A DNA stretch of 64,000 nt from Mytilus trossulus. Its lineage: Eukaryota. The translations under genes and the position numbers were made by a program. The stretch is from the NCBI RefSeq assembly GCF_036588685.1, contig NC_086379.1, positions 53,630,001 through 53,694,000 of the forward strand, given 5' to 3'. Shown piece after piece: positions 13,492 to 28,074 of this stretch. Each line of letters opens with the position of its first letter. Position 1 is the first letter of the stretch. Below the pieces are notes generated by a model. It ran no database searches and was not told the DNA's origin. It was given only the letters and a program-made list of their open reading frames with translations.

Positions 13492-16464
13492 TTAACAAAT
13501 GTTCCAACTTATGAAGGTAAAATAAATATGTAACATAGCAACAAACGACAGCAAAAACTAAAACAAAAAGCGGACGTGATTGGATACTTGTACATCAACA
13601 AAGATACATTGATTACTCAGTTAATGACATCTAGTTCAAAGCCAATAACAACTAAAACCCCAAAAAATCATGCATTCAATAATTTTCACAAAATATCTTT
13701 ATTGGCTTCGTGTCTGCTTTCATTGTAAATTAAAAGTATTGTTATCATAATAAAAACTATTCATGCAAGCGGATATGCAGTGAAGTTTTCAAATCCGTAC
13801 CGACACAATGTTTACTTTCAGATATTTTCAAATCATTTTTCTTCAATCTGCGCAACAAAAGTATTTGTTCTGATGATGCTGTATTAAAAAAAAATTCGAT
13901 GATTTTGGTAAACAGTTTGAGTAAAATTTAATGAGTCAGCAAATGTCTGATTTAACAAACTTTATCTTTTGTTTTTAAACAAGCAAAATTAATGTAATAT
14001 TTAAAAAAAAAGTACATTATTTAATGAGTTTCTTGCAAAATAAAGACATCCCCGGAGGCAAATTTTATTCCTTCAGCTTAGTTGAAGTACAAATTTTATC
14101 TTTAAAATAACAAAATATTAATGTTTTATAATGTCATCTTTCTAGGCACCTAGGGATTAAAATATTCAGCTTTGTGTCTTCGAAAGAAATCCTATTGAAA
14201 TAATTTATGAGAAATAGAAACATTATGCAAATAAAAGCTATCATGTTTAAGTCGTGTTGGAGCCCGTGTTCATCACACATTTTAAAAAACAAAATGCGTA
14301 TCGAGAGACATGCTAATTTGTATCTAACAAAATGATTAATTTTAGAAGACAAATAGAAATAATGGAATTAAACAACATACATAACAATCCACGGCACTTT
14401 ATAAATCTGTAAGAAACACAACGGAGCCTTTATTTACATCTAGAACATAAAGCATAGCGTTCACGAGTGCTGTGGTTGATACATTCCTGTTAAAATAATG
14501 GAAGAAAAACACAAGGAGCAATACGTTACCATTATGAATAAAACACATATAATACACAGAAACGTAAGGTACAGAAACGTAGTAAACGAAAGGTACAGAA
14601 ACGTAGTAAATACTTTTAAAAAAGTGTTAGAAAAATTCAAAGATTCATTGTAAACAGTTAATTTGATAGTGATGACCATATCAATGATATTCTTGTCAAC
14701 ATAAAGCTGTTGACTACTGGGTTGGTGAAACACTTGGAAAAGAAACCTCTACCAGCAGTGCATCTACTCTATAATTGTTGTAAACGAACTCATACTAAAT
14801 ATATACCAGAATTAACATTTTTTACCTCATATATACGCGCGTTTCGATTACAAAAGATCCATCAGTTATCATTTATTTAAAAGTAAATCGTAGATCTATA
14901 GGTACAAAAACTGTATCAGAATAACAGTCAAAATGTAAGCGTTTTTAATTCAAATGACGTCTATAAAATGCACCAAAAATAATCATAAAAAGAATATTCT
15001 TAGATAATTTTTTTTTATTTAGATTTATATTTTGTAATCTCGATTAATTTATTTTTTTCATATATTGGGGGAAAAAACTATGAATTTTGTACGTCCGATA
15101 TAGAATTTCGTTGTCATTGATTGATAAGTTAAAATTTTGCCTGATATCCACAATGCAGTTATTCAAGAAAGGAGTGGAAATCTTGCTTACACGATTTTGA
15201 CCGTTTATAACAGAGAAAAAATTACATATCTGTAGTCTTCCTGTATTAGTAACGAAACGTTATCTATCTTGATGCCTTGATGAAAGATTGCTGTTTACAT
15301 AAAATCATTCCAAATGGCAAAGTTTTTTATTCGAAAGATATAATACATCTGTGCATCAGCTTTTATGAATTTGTTCGATGATTCTATCCATATTTTATAA
15401 ATGAGCCACCTACTTGCATACGAGAGAGTATAAGGTAAATTAAAATTGAAAGTTTCTTGTAAGTTTGAAAGCAGATCTATTTTGAGAAAGAAGAACATAA
15501 GAAATTAGCAGACTGAGATTAGATAAGAACACACCGTTTTTAAAACGCTAGAATGACAAAAATGTCAGAATGACAAAAACGCATGCCAGATATGTCTTAA
15601 GATATAATAAAATTATAGCTTTCATCCCTTTTAATACTTATAATATTTGCAGCCTTCAGTACGCATTGATATCAAATGTTTTGTGGTAAATGAATTTGCA
15701 CATTTGATTATTGCAGAAATCTAATCGGATGTGTAATTCTGTCGAGTATATTCATTTAATCAGACAAATTGTTTCTTCTTTTTTGTGTTATCTGAGGACA
15801 TTCCCTCGTTATTTGAGTTTACGATATATACATGAAAAACTCTACATTGTATTAGATAACCAGAATACAAAATACCAGATCACATTCCTAAATATTTACA
15901 AAAACTGTTACATCGTTAAGAAGGCAACACATTCAAAATAATCGTGATAAGTGCATCTGATTAAATTTTAATTACACGGAACAGCTGCAAGGAAGGAAAA
16001 TAAAGACATTGTAAACATGCCGAGATATGTAATTAAATTTATTAGTTTCATGAAAATTAAAAGTATTTCAACAATCTTCATTCTTTTTTAATACCTTTAG
16101 GTTTAAAAGACCACACTTCAAACAAACTAGAATCAATGACTTCTTAAGTTAGTGTACATAATTAGAGTACTTCAGAAGCACTTTGTATATTGAGCATGAT
16201 TAACATCTTGTCATCTGTGTTTGAAATATACTTTTGCTGATCCTTACCGTACTAAAGTACATTCAATAAATGTGTATCCGACTTTAGATGCATCGGACCA
16301 GACGCAAGTGAACCACCAATGTTGTTCATATTTGTACATATACAGTATCATTCAGTAATAACTCAGTCTAACAAAATATAAGATGCCATAAACAGCACTC
16401 TGTGAGAAGGGTGATACCAGCCTATAGATCTCTGGTTGTTTTTCTGTCAATGTCGTAAACCGTT

Positions 16465-16660
16465 TTTTTTTAAATCGTAGGGATTCCGCCGAACCCTGTG
16501 TCTCGCCTACATTTGCTGTTAATCGTAGGCTCAACAAAAACGAAGAAAAAAATATAAAAAATATTCCTCTCTATACTATCTTTTGATTGTAAGAAGCTTC
16601 TGTCCAAGCTTGGTTTCTGTTCAAATTTGGTACAAATCAAGGATAGTTTAAGAAAGTTGC
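16465..16660 (-). mobile_element. Probable Helentron/HINE end fragment
   Basis: A T-run, a gggattccgccgaaccc hairpin and an adjacent gtctcgcct motif, followed by tccaagcttgg/tcaaatttgg core-repeat-like motifs. Confidence 0.35.
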
Positions 16661-17354
16661 ATTAGACCGTTGCCTTGTGATTTTGCCTTATTTTATACAC
16701 TTGGTGTTCATCTCTAGATTCGAGCTTTTCCAAACTCATTCTTATGTTATGTCGTTACACCTGATGAGTTTTCGGTGTAAAAGGGAGAATAAACAGTTCA
16801 TAAAACAATTGCCTGTTATATTGGCTTTCAATGTTTTTGCGCTATGTATCCATCCAAAGAGACAAATAATTGCTGTCAGTTTAAAACAAAGAGTTCATAA
16901 TTGTGTAAAAATAGCTTTACTATTTCAACTGTACGTCCATTTTTATTTTTGGTTTAATATGCATTCGTCCCCTAGATAAATTTACAATTGTTCTTTTGGC
17001 AAACAAAATGAACGATAGTTTCCTTTTTTTATTATTATTTCATCTCCTAACTTGACAGCAATACAAGTACACTATTACCTATTAAGTTGAATGCGCTCTA
17101 AAGCAAGTAGATCGACATGGATGTTTTTATTTATTTTGACGCACTTCCGCATATCATTTAGTCAACGCTTAAGCAAGCAAATTAAACCACGAGAGTTTGC
17201 AAATATCAAGCATTTATCTCTATGAAATCAATAGATTCTATTTATAAGTTTGTCTTTTTGTGGTACATAATTAATGTTACGACATTCCTGTCATGGAAAT
17301 TTGTTGGCATTAATTCGTGAAGAGAAATTAGTAATGATAAAAAAAATTCTTAAC

Positions 17355-17570
17355 AAAAGAGAGACGAAAAATACCAAAGGAACAATTATCAAAGTCATCA
17401 ATCGAAAATAAACTGACAAAGCCATGCCTTAAAACAAGACTAACAGACACACAGATAAACAACAGTATTAAAAACACAACATAGAAAACTAATAACTGAG
17501 CAACACGAATCAAAACACAAATTGGGGGTGATCTCATGTACTCCGGAAGGGTAAGCTTCACATGTGTCCC
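17355..17570 (-). repeat. Solo 3' end of the Penelope-like element (diverged)
   Basis: aaaagagagacgaaaaataccaaagg...ggggtgatctcatgtactccggaagggtaagc is the reverse complement of 29440-29646. Confidence 0.85.
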
Positions 17571-18324
17571 CAATGTTGTTTTTGATACATGACTATGACT
17601 AAAAGGAAATTTGGGGTAACGTTAATGAGAAAGCAAATTAACAAAAAAGAACAACCCACACGGCATATTTAGAGCACATAGTCTTCAGGAACCGACAGAT
17701 GTCCATTACAATATCCCAATCTCTAAATCTTGCACACTATATTACCAAGTTGTGATTTTTTTTGCAAAGAACCACCATAAACACCCAAATTCTGTTAATA
17801 ACGATATCATTAAGAAAGGACACAGGACAACCACTGACTATGAAAATTTATACTTATTTCAAAGTGGATTTATGTATATTTCGAAAATAATTATTATAGC
17901 TTGTTACAAAATAAATGATGATATTTTTATTTTATTGTACGTAGTAATCTTTATATCCTGTCATTTGATCTTAGAGCGTGTTTCTTTGTAAATTTAAATA
18001 GAATTTGCTGTAGTGAGACAAGTTTATTTTATGCTTATACGTGTTTGATATTATTGCCAATCAAATAGAGCTTGGCTTTTTCTGTTTAGTTGTGGTATTT
18101 ACGGACTGTTGATGTTAACATATTTTATTGTTCAAAATGACAAAACGATCAGACACAAGTTTTACAACTTAGTACCGTCTTCTCCAAAACAAAACGAAAT
18201 ATACACATTAATTAATGAACGCATCAAATATTTCATACTAACAAACAATTTAAGAATAAAGACATGAAAACAAAAGGAAACTGTTTGAAGCGAATAGATT
18301 TTAATCGAGTGCATCGGACCACAG

Positions 18325-18617
18325 ATGCATTATCACGTTGTGATTGGTTAAACGCCGTCACGTGGTGACCCCCTATGAGACCGTATGGGGTTAGTTAGTT
18401 TCATATGGGGTTCGTGACGCATTAATGGCGACGTCATCTATTAATGTTGTTGTGTTTCGTTGTTTATTTTTCAATAAATTCGTTATACGATTAACCACTG
18501 ACCCCCTACGGATCCATAGTGGGTGAATAAAATTCATAGGGGACTCGGCCTCCGGCCTCAACCCCTATGGATTTTACTAACCCTCTATGGATCCGTATGG
18601 GGTCAGTAGCGAACCAT
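18325..18617. repeat. Long-hairpin element B
   Basis: ~110-nt hairpin at 18497-18607 (actgaccccctacggatccatag.../...ctatggatccgtatggggtcagt), preceded by tgattggtt, gtcacgtg and a shortened copy of the stem. Confidence 0.8.
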
Positions 18618-18627
18618 ATAACTTATA

Positions 18628-19057
18628 ATGTTTTTCAATATTAGCGGAATAAAAATCCTGTCCAAATATCCACTGCTGTTCTTCCTCTTATTGTGTTTAC
18701 ACTGTATAATTCTGACCTTCACATAATTCAAGATTATTTGAACGGTGGAATCCGACATTGTTAATATCGGAAGTGTTGCCATGGAGTTCCACGTGCTCTC
18801 TATTTGTTTGTGTCTCTCGAAGCTTTTCCTAATCTTTGACGTAAAAAGCGCGGGAAATTGTATCATCAATGACAATGATATTACCAGAGAGTAACGAATG
18901 GTATGGAATAAGGGATCCTCAAAGAGACCAAGATGGCGGTTTTACAATGTAAATAATCTTGAAAAATGTGAAGGTCAGGATTATACAGTGCAAACACAAT
19001 AAAAGGTAGGACAGTAGTGGATAGGATAGGGTTTTATTTCCGCTTAATGAAAAACAT
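18628..19057. mobile_element. Fold-back MITE with ~110-bp TIRs
   Basis: 18628-18740 (..agcggaataaaa..ttattgtgtttacactgtataattctgaccttcacataattcaagattattt) is the reverse complement of 18952-19057. Confidence 0.8.
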
Positions 19058-22000
19058 CATCTTGAGTAAACGCGGCTGATATTTATTTTTTTTTGGACAA
19101 AAAACATGATGCCAATTTTACGTGACGGCGACTATAAAAACATTTCTTCTTGCTTTTACCAACACACACTGTTGTTGTTTTATACATTTTGCATGTTATC
19201 TTTTTTATTTAGATATATCATAAACCCTTTTAATTTGGCTTTCAAATCTTACTATTATTTATACAAACTGTTTTTGTTATTACGATACTGCAAAAGACAG
19301 ATGTTTGTTTGAAATTTAGCGAATTGAAAAGGAGTATTGAATTATGAAACACTGTTTGCAAAACTTACTGAAAAAATCTATAATGATTATATGCTCAATT
19401 TAAATTTAATAAGAAACTGATACATTTTTATACTCACATGACCATCTGTCAATATATTAAAATAGTTTGATAAAACAAATATTATAAATAGCCATTGTTT
19501 GTTCATAAAAAAGCTTCTCATTGGCAATCATACCTTATCTTCTTTTTTATATTAACCCATAATTGTTTGTCTCATCAAAAATTATTAAGACTTATTAACT
19601 TGCATATCTATAAATAGACAAGTCTAAATTGCAAACTACGTTAAAACCTATGATTGCGTTGAATAAAAACTGCATTTTTTAGACGGGCGCATGTAAACGA
19701 AATTTCGTTGTAGAAGGGTCTAAATACAGCACGAACAACATTTTCTAAAAGACCAAAAAAGTGAAAAGTATATTTTTACAAAACGCATTTGACTAACAGG
19801 AAAAACAACTGATGTTCTTTAAAAAAAAATCCTGTTGAGTGCCATTGACGATTGTCAATTAAATTGATCACAGGGTGTAAACAATGGATCTTTATATTGA
19901 TTTAATACCAAATAGAAATCAATAAACGTGCTGCAAAGAGTGTAAATCAATTTATATATCATATTGATTGATTGTCGTATGCTTAACGCTCAGTGGAAAG
20001 TGTTTCATTACATATATATCTAACTCTGCTCCATTCTATGGTTTATCTTGTCTATCCGTTCGTATTTTACGTTACAAATTACTAGGCTTCTGTGTAAAAA
20101 CAGGATTTGCCATTTGATTTCAAACCATGTAATGTAGAGATTTCTTTGTTTGTGAAATTTATATTTGATGGGCATTTACTTCCTGTTTGACAATACGATA
20201 AAATTTTATAACATCGCATCAGTATTGTAAAATATCTATATATGCGTAATAATGAGGATTGCACTTTACATGGCATCATTTAATTGTATATTTATTAAAT
20301 TAAAAAGTAATTGTCTTTCTTTTTCTTGGGATCCTTATATTCTGTTTTTCAGTATTGTTGCTGAATACAGTTATACATTTTCAATTTGACCTTTTCCTAT
20401 TTCAGTCTTCCTATATCTATCAGAGACTAATGTTTTTTTTTATTTATGTCTCTAGTCAGTAACATACTGTTGACAGATACTGTGACATAATTTGCATTCC
20501 AAAATGTCACAAGGACTTTAACAAGTTCTTTAATAAGGTAAAAGGTTTATCGCTTATGTAATTAAAAAAAACACGTGCTACAGTTTTTCATTGTCCTTTG
20601 TTTGTTTTTGTCAGAATAAAACATAATAGCGCGATCTGAGCATTTGTCTTTTGGATTAACCTAATCCGCTTTACAGAACCTACGATGTGATCTTAAGTTG
20701 AACCCGTATCATCCTTAATATGACTTTAATTGGCCGCTAGACGATACATTTTAATCAATCATTATAACTTTCCATGCTTAATTTTCATTTTCATTCACAT
20801 TTATTGTATGACAAGTACAAATCTTTCTCCTTGTATCCACATTCCGTGAAACTATGCATTTATCACACAGTCATCATATATGATACTCTTTGACAAATAC
20901 ATGATATAACTTTTAAGTTTAATAGAATCAGCAGATGTGGTATAACTGCCAGTGAGACAACCTTCATCCAAGTTACAATTTGTAAAAGTGTACCATTATA
21001 GGTCATAGTACGGTTTTCAGCACGGAGCCTTGGCTCACACCGAACAGCAAGCTATATAAAAGGGTCCAAACAATGACATATTGTATTTGCAAAAGTAGAA
21101 GTAAAAGGAATTGAACAAAATATTGACATCCTCTCCCTAGATAGATATAAACACATAGTACATTAGATAATGAAACTATAAAGAAATAAAGCAAAATACA
21201 ACTTTAAACTATTACAAAACCTTAATATGCTATCTCAAATAATATAGCTATATCAAAACAAAGAAAATGATTAGAAGGAAATTACTTGTCACGTCTCACA
21301 TTTTAAACATTCGAAAAACACAAGATCTGGCATATCATACGTAAATAAGACAGTAAGAACTAACCCGGTGATTAAAATAAATGCAAAAGGGTAACATATC
21401 GTCATTGATTTTTTGTTTTTTTTGTTGTCACAAATCTTTAACTCTACTTATATAGGAGATTTTGAAACACTTGGAATAAGTAGACGACATCGACTCGTAA
21501 AATTATACATTTGTGTATAGAGCAACAAAGGATCCATCATTGACATAAAATCAATACATGCACATAAACAAACACACAAAAGGCAAATTCACAGCATCAA
21601 GACGTAGAAAAGGTTCCCAAAACACTTAGCGCCGGTTTGAGGGGATGTGTTTTGACAAAATAACTCTGGTATACTTTTTTAGATGTAATATCACCCAAAA
21701 AGATATCACCTAGAAAGTAGAACATATTAAAACAAAAACAAAACAAAAAACAATAAGGCTGTGTGTTTACATCCATATGTTGAATGTTTTCCCGAAGTGA
21801 CATAAGTTTGGCAGTTTTTTTTTTTTCGCATGTTGTTTCGAGGAACAAAACAAATACGAAAGACAAAATTCAAAATATCATGGAGATGTGTATTCAAAAG
21901 ACGAGCACTTTGTTAACATCTGAATGGTTTTATATGAGATATCATAACAATACTTTTGATGTTCAATTCAAGACGACAAAAAAACTCTTTATCACTTATA

Positions 22001-22561
22001 CAGATCAAGGGGAGGATAGGGGAGACGACTGAGTGCTCATAAACATGTTTGAAACTGTCACAATCTTTGTGTGCGTGTTCCAAGTCAAATGCTTTTATTC
22101 GATAGTTGCTGTCGATCATATTATGTTACGCTTATTGTTAACATGTGAACAGCAAACGTTAAGTTAAAAGAATTTCAGACTCCAAAATTGACTCATGCAT
22201 AAACAGTTACTGTATGTTGATGGGTTAAATAATATTTTTGGGCGCTCGATCCTTCCCTAACTCGGAACAGTAGTGTTGTAGTACAATATGTACATAATAT
22301 AAAATCAGTTGTCGACTGTTAGCTGCTATGGGAAGGTCATGCAGTGTAATAATTTATTAATCATTGAAGACGAATTTATTGGTATTTTAATCTGATGTCC
22401 CTAATTTATAGTAAGTCGTCTTATTCTATGTGCGGAGAAAAAAGTTTGTTCTGTTCGTCAATGACTTCATCACAAAAGGCATCGTTTTAGTATTCATTGA
22501 AGAAAGTACATAAGATAGGAAATTTATGCAGACTCATGCTCTGTTATATTGTATCTGTCAT

Positions 22562-25410
22562 AAACATGTTAGTGTCTAGACAACAAAAAACTGGTGCTGG
22601 ACATTCTTATGATAATCATGATTTAGAGAACGTTTTTAGCGTTTAGCTAGGTTATTAACGGCAAAATAGCGAATTCAGTGTAGTAAAACAGTAATATTGG
22701 TAGTGATATAAGTATGTCGAGTTCTTAATTTTATCTTTTATCACTCAAGACGATTTTCTAAAATCTATTTTAACTGGTTAGCATATTCTTCATAATACTT
22801 AAATTGATTTTCTTTGTGGAAGGGCCAATATTTCATTGATGTACACCCCACACCTACTTTAATACATATACTGTTAGTTCAATGTTCTCCTGACTGGAAC
22901 AGAATCAACTAATTTGCGTACGTCATGTTTAAAAGAAACCCAAACATACAGTTTGCTGACAAACATGCCATTTAACGTAAATAAACGACACTATGTATTG
23001 TATATGAGATTAAAATGATAGCAATCAAGAATATTAAACTACATTTTAGATATGCCTATTCCAAGTCTGTAATTCATTGGTCGTTTGATGCCGTTTCTCA
23101 TATTTGGTTTTATTCTATTGGTTCGCACAAATTGTTAAAGTGCTGTGCTGTTCGATGTTAGGGCCTTATACCAGTGTAAATGTTAAACCCCGACACATTC
23201 TCTATTTACCTGTCCCAAGCTAGGTGCGTGTACATTTGTTGTTTATTTCGTTGCTGTATATCATATACTTTTTTTCGTTTAATTGGTTTCCAATTGTGAT
23301 TTTGGCGTCTTTCATAGAAGAGATGCGAAATATATAAGAGGGACAATCGAAATCATAGATATAAAATAAACTGACAACGCCATGGATAAAAATGAAAAAA
23401 AATAACAGACAAATACAAGTACACACGACACAATATAGAAAACTAAAGACATAGCAACACGATTTCCACACAAAACATGTAAGTGTCTAGAAAAAAAAAC
23501 ACCCCAAAAAAACTGGTGCTTAACATTCTTTAATATGGTAATCATGATTTAGAGAACGTTTGTAGCGTTTTGCTAGGTTATTAACGGCAAATTAGCGAAT
23601 TCAGTGTAGTAAAACAGAAAAATTGGTAGTGATATACGTATGTCGAGTTCTTATTTTAATCTTTTATCACTTAGGACGATTTCTGAAATCTATTTTAACT
23701 GGTTGGCATATTCCTCATAATACTTAAATTGATTTTCTTTGTGGAAGGGCCAATATTTCATTGATGTACACCCACACCTACTCCAATAAATATACTGTTA
23801 GTTCAATGTTCTCCTGACTGAAACAGAATCAACTACTTTGCGTAGGTCATGTTTAAAAGAAACCCAAACATACAATTTGTAATGCGGGGTTCACACATTG
23901 CCGATTATTGCTCCCGATTGAGATCAGACAGCAATACGACACGAAAAGTGAAAAGGTCGGATTAGTATCCTCAATTATCTGGAATGTCCTATCATTGTCT
24001 GAACGCATTCGTTTTAGTTCGTAACAGATTCCTACGGATCGGGAAGGGTCCGAATAGTTCGGCAAAGCATCCCGACAGTTAGGTGCGTCCCGTAACATTC
24101 GGGGCAACTCAGCCGATTTTGTCTAGTCGGATTACAATCGTGGCTATGTCGTGACAGATTCTGCTGTATCGGATCGAATTCCGAACAATGTCTTGTGTAT
24201 TCTGGACGGTGTCCTGTGGAACGGGAATGATCCGGAGTAATTTTTCATAGTTGTTTTTCTGCCGATTGAGTCCAGATTGCATCCAGATCTTGTCGATTGC
24301 GAACCGTTTTTTGCCGAAACCGTTCCGAAACAGTCCCGTTATTAATACGAAATTCGTCAATGATACCCACGTCAGAGTCCCGACAATTACAGAATACAAT
24401 ACGACTGAGACCAGACAAAGCCGTTTGCAATGCGATAAAGCGGACTATGATAGGATTACGTTCCGACAGTACTTGATCATCCCGAATATGCCGACAGTTT
24501 TCGAACGGATAACTTCCGTCAGCGTCGGTTCACTGTCCGGTCACTGTCTGATCTCAGTCGGATAAGATTCGGTAGAGTCGGGACGCAGTCGTGACAGACT
24601 CGGTCGAATTTTACCTGGCGAAAAATACAAATCGGATTAGAAGCGGATTCAGAACGGTATTATCGGGACTAATTCGCTTAGAAACGGTTGAATATCGGTG
24701 CTTCCTGAATACTATCTGATTGTTGTCGTGATCAAATTATTTTTTTTACAAATTTAAATTTAAGTTTGAATTTCCATCCACGATTCACAGGATCTTGATC
24801 AGACTTTTAATAAATTTTAATCGGGAATGGTCCTATCAAGAACGGTAGTAAAAATCGTGAATGTGTGACCCCAGCTTAAACAAACATGCCATTTAACGTA
24901 AATACACGACAATATATTGTATGTGGGATTAAAATGATAGCAATCAAGAATATTAAACTACATTCTAAATATATATGCCTATTCCAAGTCTGTAATTCAT
25001 TGGTTGTTTGATGCTGTTTCTCATTTTCATATTTGGTTTTCTTTTATTGGTTCGCACAATTTTTTATAGTGCTGTGCTGTTCGATGTTAGGGTCTTATAC
25101 CAGTGTAAATGTTGAACCACACCACATTCTCTATTTACCTCTCCCAAGCTATGTGCGTGTAAATTTGTGGTTTATTTCGTTGCTGTATATCATATAGTTT
25201 TGTCGATTTAATTGGTTTCAAATTGATATTTATTTGCCTTTCATAAACGAGATGCAAAATATATCAGAGGGACAATCGAAATCATAGATCGGAAATAAAC
25301 TGACAATGTCATGGCTAAAAATGAAAAAAAAAAAAAAAAACAGACAAAAAATAGTACACACGACACAACATAGAAAACTAAAGAATTAGCAACACGATCC
25401 CCAAACAAAA
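22562..25410. repeat. Older tandem duplication of a ~910-bp unit (22562-23472 and 23473-25410, second copy interrupted by a MITE)
   Basis: Colinear match from aaacatgt.agtgtctaga through to the Penelope-like tail, with many substitutions between the copies. Confidence 0.92.
23883..24876. mobile_element. PIF/Harbinger-like MITE (994 bp), TAA TSD
   Basis: TAA|tgcggggttcacacatt ... aatgtgtgaccccagct|TAA. The interior is CpG-rich with recurrent tccg/cgga motifs. It is absent from the paralogous duplicated unit at ~22945. Confidence 0.85.
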
Positions 25411-25605
25411 ATAGGGTGATTTCATGTACCCTGGAAGGGTAAGCAGATCCTTCAATATGTGATTTTTAGTTGCCTCTAGATACATGTGAAGCATGATCTG
25501 CTTACCCTTACAGAACAAAAGAAATCACCATGATTTGAGTGGCGTTTGTTTTACTTTGTCTTTGAATTTTTAAGTTAATATTTTTGTATCATTTTGATTG
25601 TCTTT

Positions 25606-26183
25606 AAAAGAGGGACGAAAGATACCAACGGGACAGTCAAACTCATAAATCTAAAACAAACTGACAACGCCATGGCTAAAAATAAAAAAGACAAACAGAA
25701 ATACAAGTACACATGACACAACATAGAAAACTAAAGAATACACAACACGAACCCCACCAAAAACTAGGGTTGATCTCAGGTGCTCCGGAAGGGTAAGCAG
25801 ATCCTGCTCTACATGCGGCATCCGTCGTGTTGCTTATGTGATTACAAATCCGGTAAATAGTCTAATTCGGTAGGTCAAATTCATGAAAGTGAAGGGGATT
25901 GTAGTTACGACGTAAGAAACATATTCGATATCATTTGTGAAACGGTGATTCCATAACGGTCAACCAACTCGTGATGGCGTCCGTAAAATTTACGAAGGGA
26001 TGATTTCAACTTCACCATTTGGAACTCTTGGTTTAATAGCTTCCTTGTGAGCAGTAACCCTCTATTAAGAAAATCTTGATAGGAAATGCAAGCATGGGAA
26101 TATCGTATCAATTGGGAGATATATACCCCGGATGCAGGTGCTGCTGGCATGTTGCTAATTAGAAATGGAAAGTTCACAATTGG
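25606..26183 (-). mobile_element. Second, shorter 5'-truncated copy of the same Penelope-like element (RT C-terminus plus 3' UTR)
   Basis: ORF 25905-26186 (PIVNFPFLISNMPAAPASGVYISQLIRYSHAC...KFYGRHHELVDRYGITVSQMISNMFLTS) and its UTR are a close inverted match to ~29070-29646. Confidence 0.92.
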
Positions 26184-28074
26184 CAATTTAAATTATATCG
26201 TTTTTCTTTTTCTTTTACTCTTACAGTATCAGTTTTAATTTTTCGACTAGTAAGTTTGAATGTCCTTTTCGTCTCTCTCTTTGATATCCTCTCATATTGT
26301 TTTAACTTTTAAAATGCAAATATAGCACATACAGCGTCAGGATTTTATCAAATAAATCATGAGATCAAAGTTTATTCTTTTCAACTACGTGTCTAGAAAC
26401 ACATGTTCCAGCAAAACTGACGGCTATAATTCAACAGCATTGAAGAAAGAAAAATTAGCTGTCAAAACCAAAAGACAGAAGATGTGTGGGTAAAATCAGA
26501 TGCACTTACATAAGTGCTTTGTAAATCATTGCACTGATTTTGGAACCAAAATAAAATCAGCAGGTATAATGATTGTTTATCACTTGTGAGAATACGAACT
26601 ATTACTTAAAATCACAAAAGCATACAAAATTGACAGCTAATAAATATATCAAAACTTTATTTGAAATTAGAGCGATAAATCTAACAAAGATTTTTCATAT
26701 TAAAAATCTTTTGTCTCTATATTCGTTTATCGTGAACATCTACTGAGCTAGTTATGATTAAAATCAACTCTTCCCTCGGTATAATTCAAATTTCACTGAA
26801 AATTATCAAAGGACGAAAAGTGATAAAAGTAATGAAATGGAAATTACTTTCAGAGATGCTGATAAAAATGACAGATGTTTGCCAAAGACAGACATTTTCT
26901 TTTCTTGTGACGCTGTTGGAAAGCAAACTAAAGATGTAAGCCATTGTGAATCGATGGCAGCTACAAATTCTTGATAATAGAAAGGTTTGAATGGTCAGCG
27001 ACCGCCTTATTTATAAGTGACAACAAATCATTTGTATAATGGAAGGTTAACTAATAACACTGAACAAATATTGTTTCTTTTTCCCTGGGAGAGATCAAAT
27101 TAACATTGATTCTTTCTTATAACAAACGACAGTCCATACTTGGCTAAGAAAATATATCCTGTTTGTCTCATGGGCTTTTAGTTTCTACATTAAATTCTTC
27201 TGTGTCCACTGCTGTCGTAATTCTGGAATATAATATTCGGGTTTAGCACTTGTTAAGAGAATAAATCTTTCAACGAATTATTCAAATTACCAAAAGATCT
27301 TTTTTTGTTTTAAACCATTACCATACAGTTCTCATAAACATAATAATTTTCTTTTCGATGCACATGTCGGTCTCAAAGGAGCTTGAGATAAATTAATAAA
27401 TTGTGTTCTCAAAGCAGTAAGAAAATAAACGACTTCTATATTTTCCTAAGAACTTGTTTTTCCGAAATATCATCCTTATTCATTTCATAGTCAACGTGTT
27501 ACAATGTTTCTGGAAACTATCATACGAGGTGGTCGGCGATTCGTTTAGAAAACAAGCATTCCCGTTGATACAGATTTTAAGTACACACTTGGAGTTGTTA
27601 ACTATTCAAAAATAGAAATAACAAAATACTAAACTCTACAGAAAAACAAATCGAAATGAGCGACCTATGAATTTATGCAACAATTAAAAGACCTTTTTGA
27701 AAATTGTTTTAGTTTATTCATTATAGTCGATGACCAACATTGCACCTATTCAGAGACTCAGTTCGATTTTATTATTTTACTTTCAAACACCTTAGGATAA
27801 CAGCTTGATATTTCAATATCCAATATTTGAAATGCATAAACAATATATATCTGCAGGTTCCCCTTAATTTCTAATTAGGATGTTCGATATTCTTCATTTG
27901 AATTTGGTTCATAGCAATGAATGCCAAATAAACTAATCATAGATACAAGCATTGACATTTTGTATTAGCGCCAGACGTGCATTTTGTCTTAAAAAAAATT
28001 AATACTGGGTTTGATAGTGAATTTAAAAAAATTTACATCTACATGTAGCAATTTGGCACCACTTGTACCCTTTA

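Noticed and set aside
16755-16780. CTGATGA as another hammerhead core (also 4676, 40861, 48404)
   Set aside because: No correctly placed stem II, GAAA, stem III and UH with a closing stem I.
23853-24565. Overlapping ORFs as a transposase
   Set aside because: They lie inside a GC-richer MITE, show no DDE or Myb motifs, and are open on both strands because stop codons are scarce.
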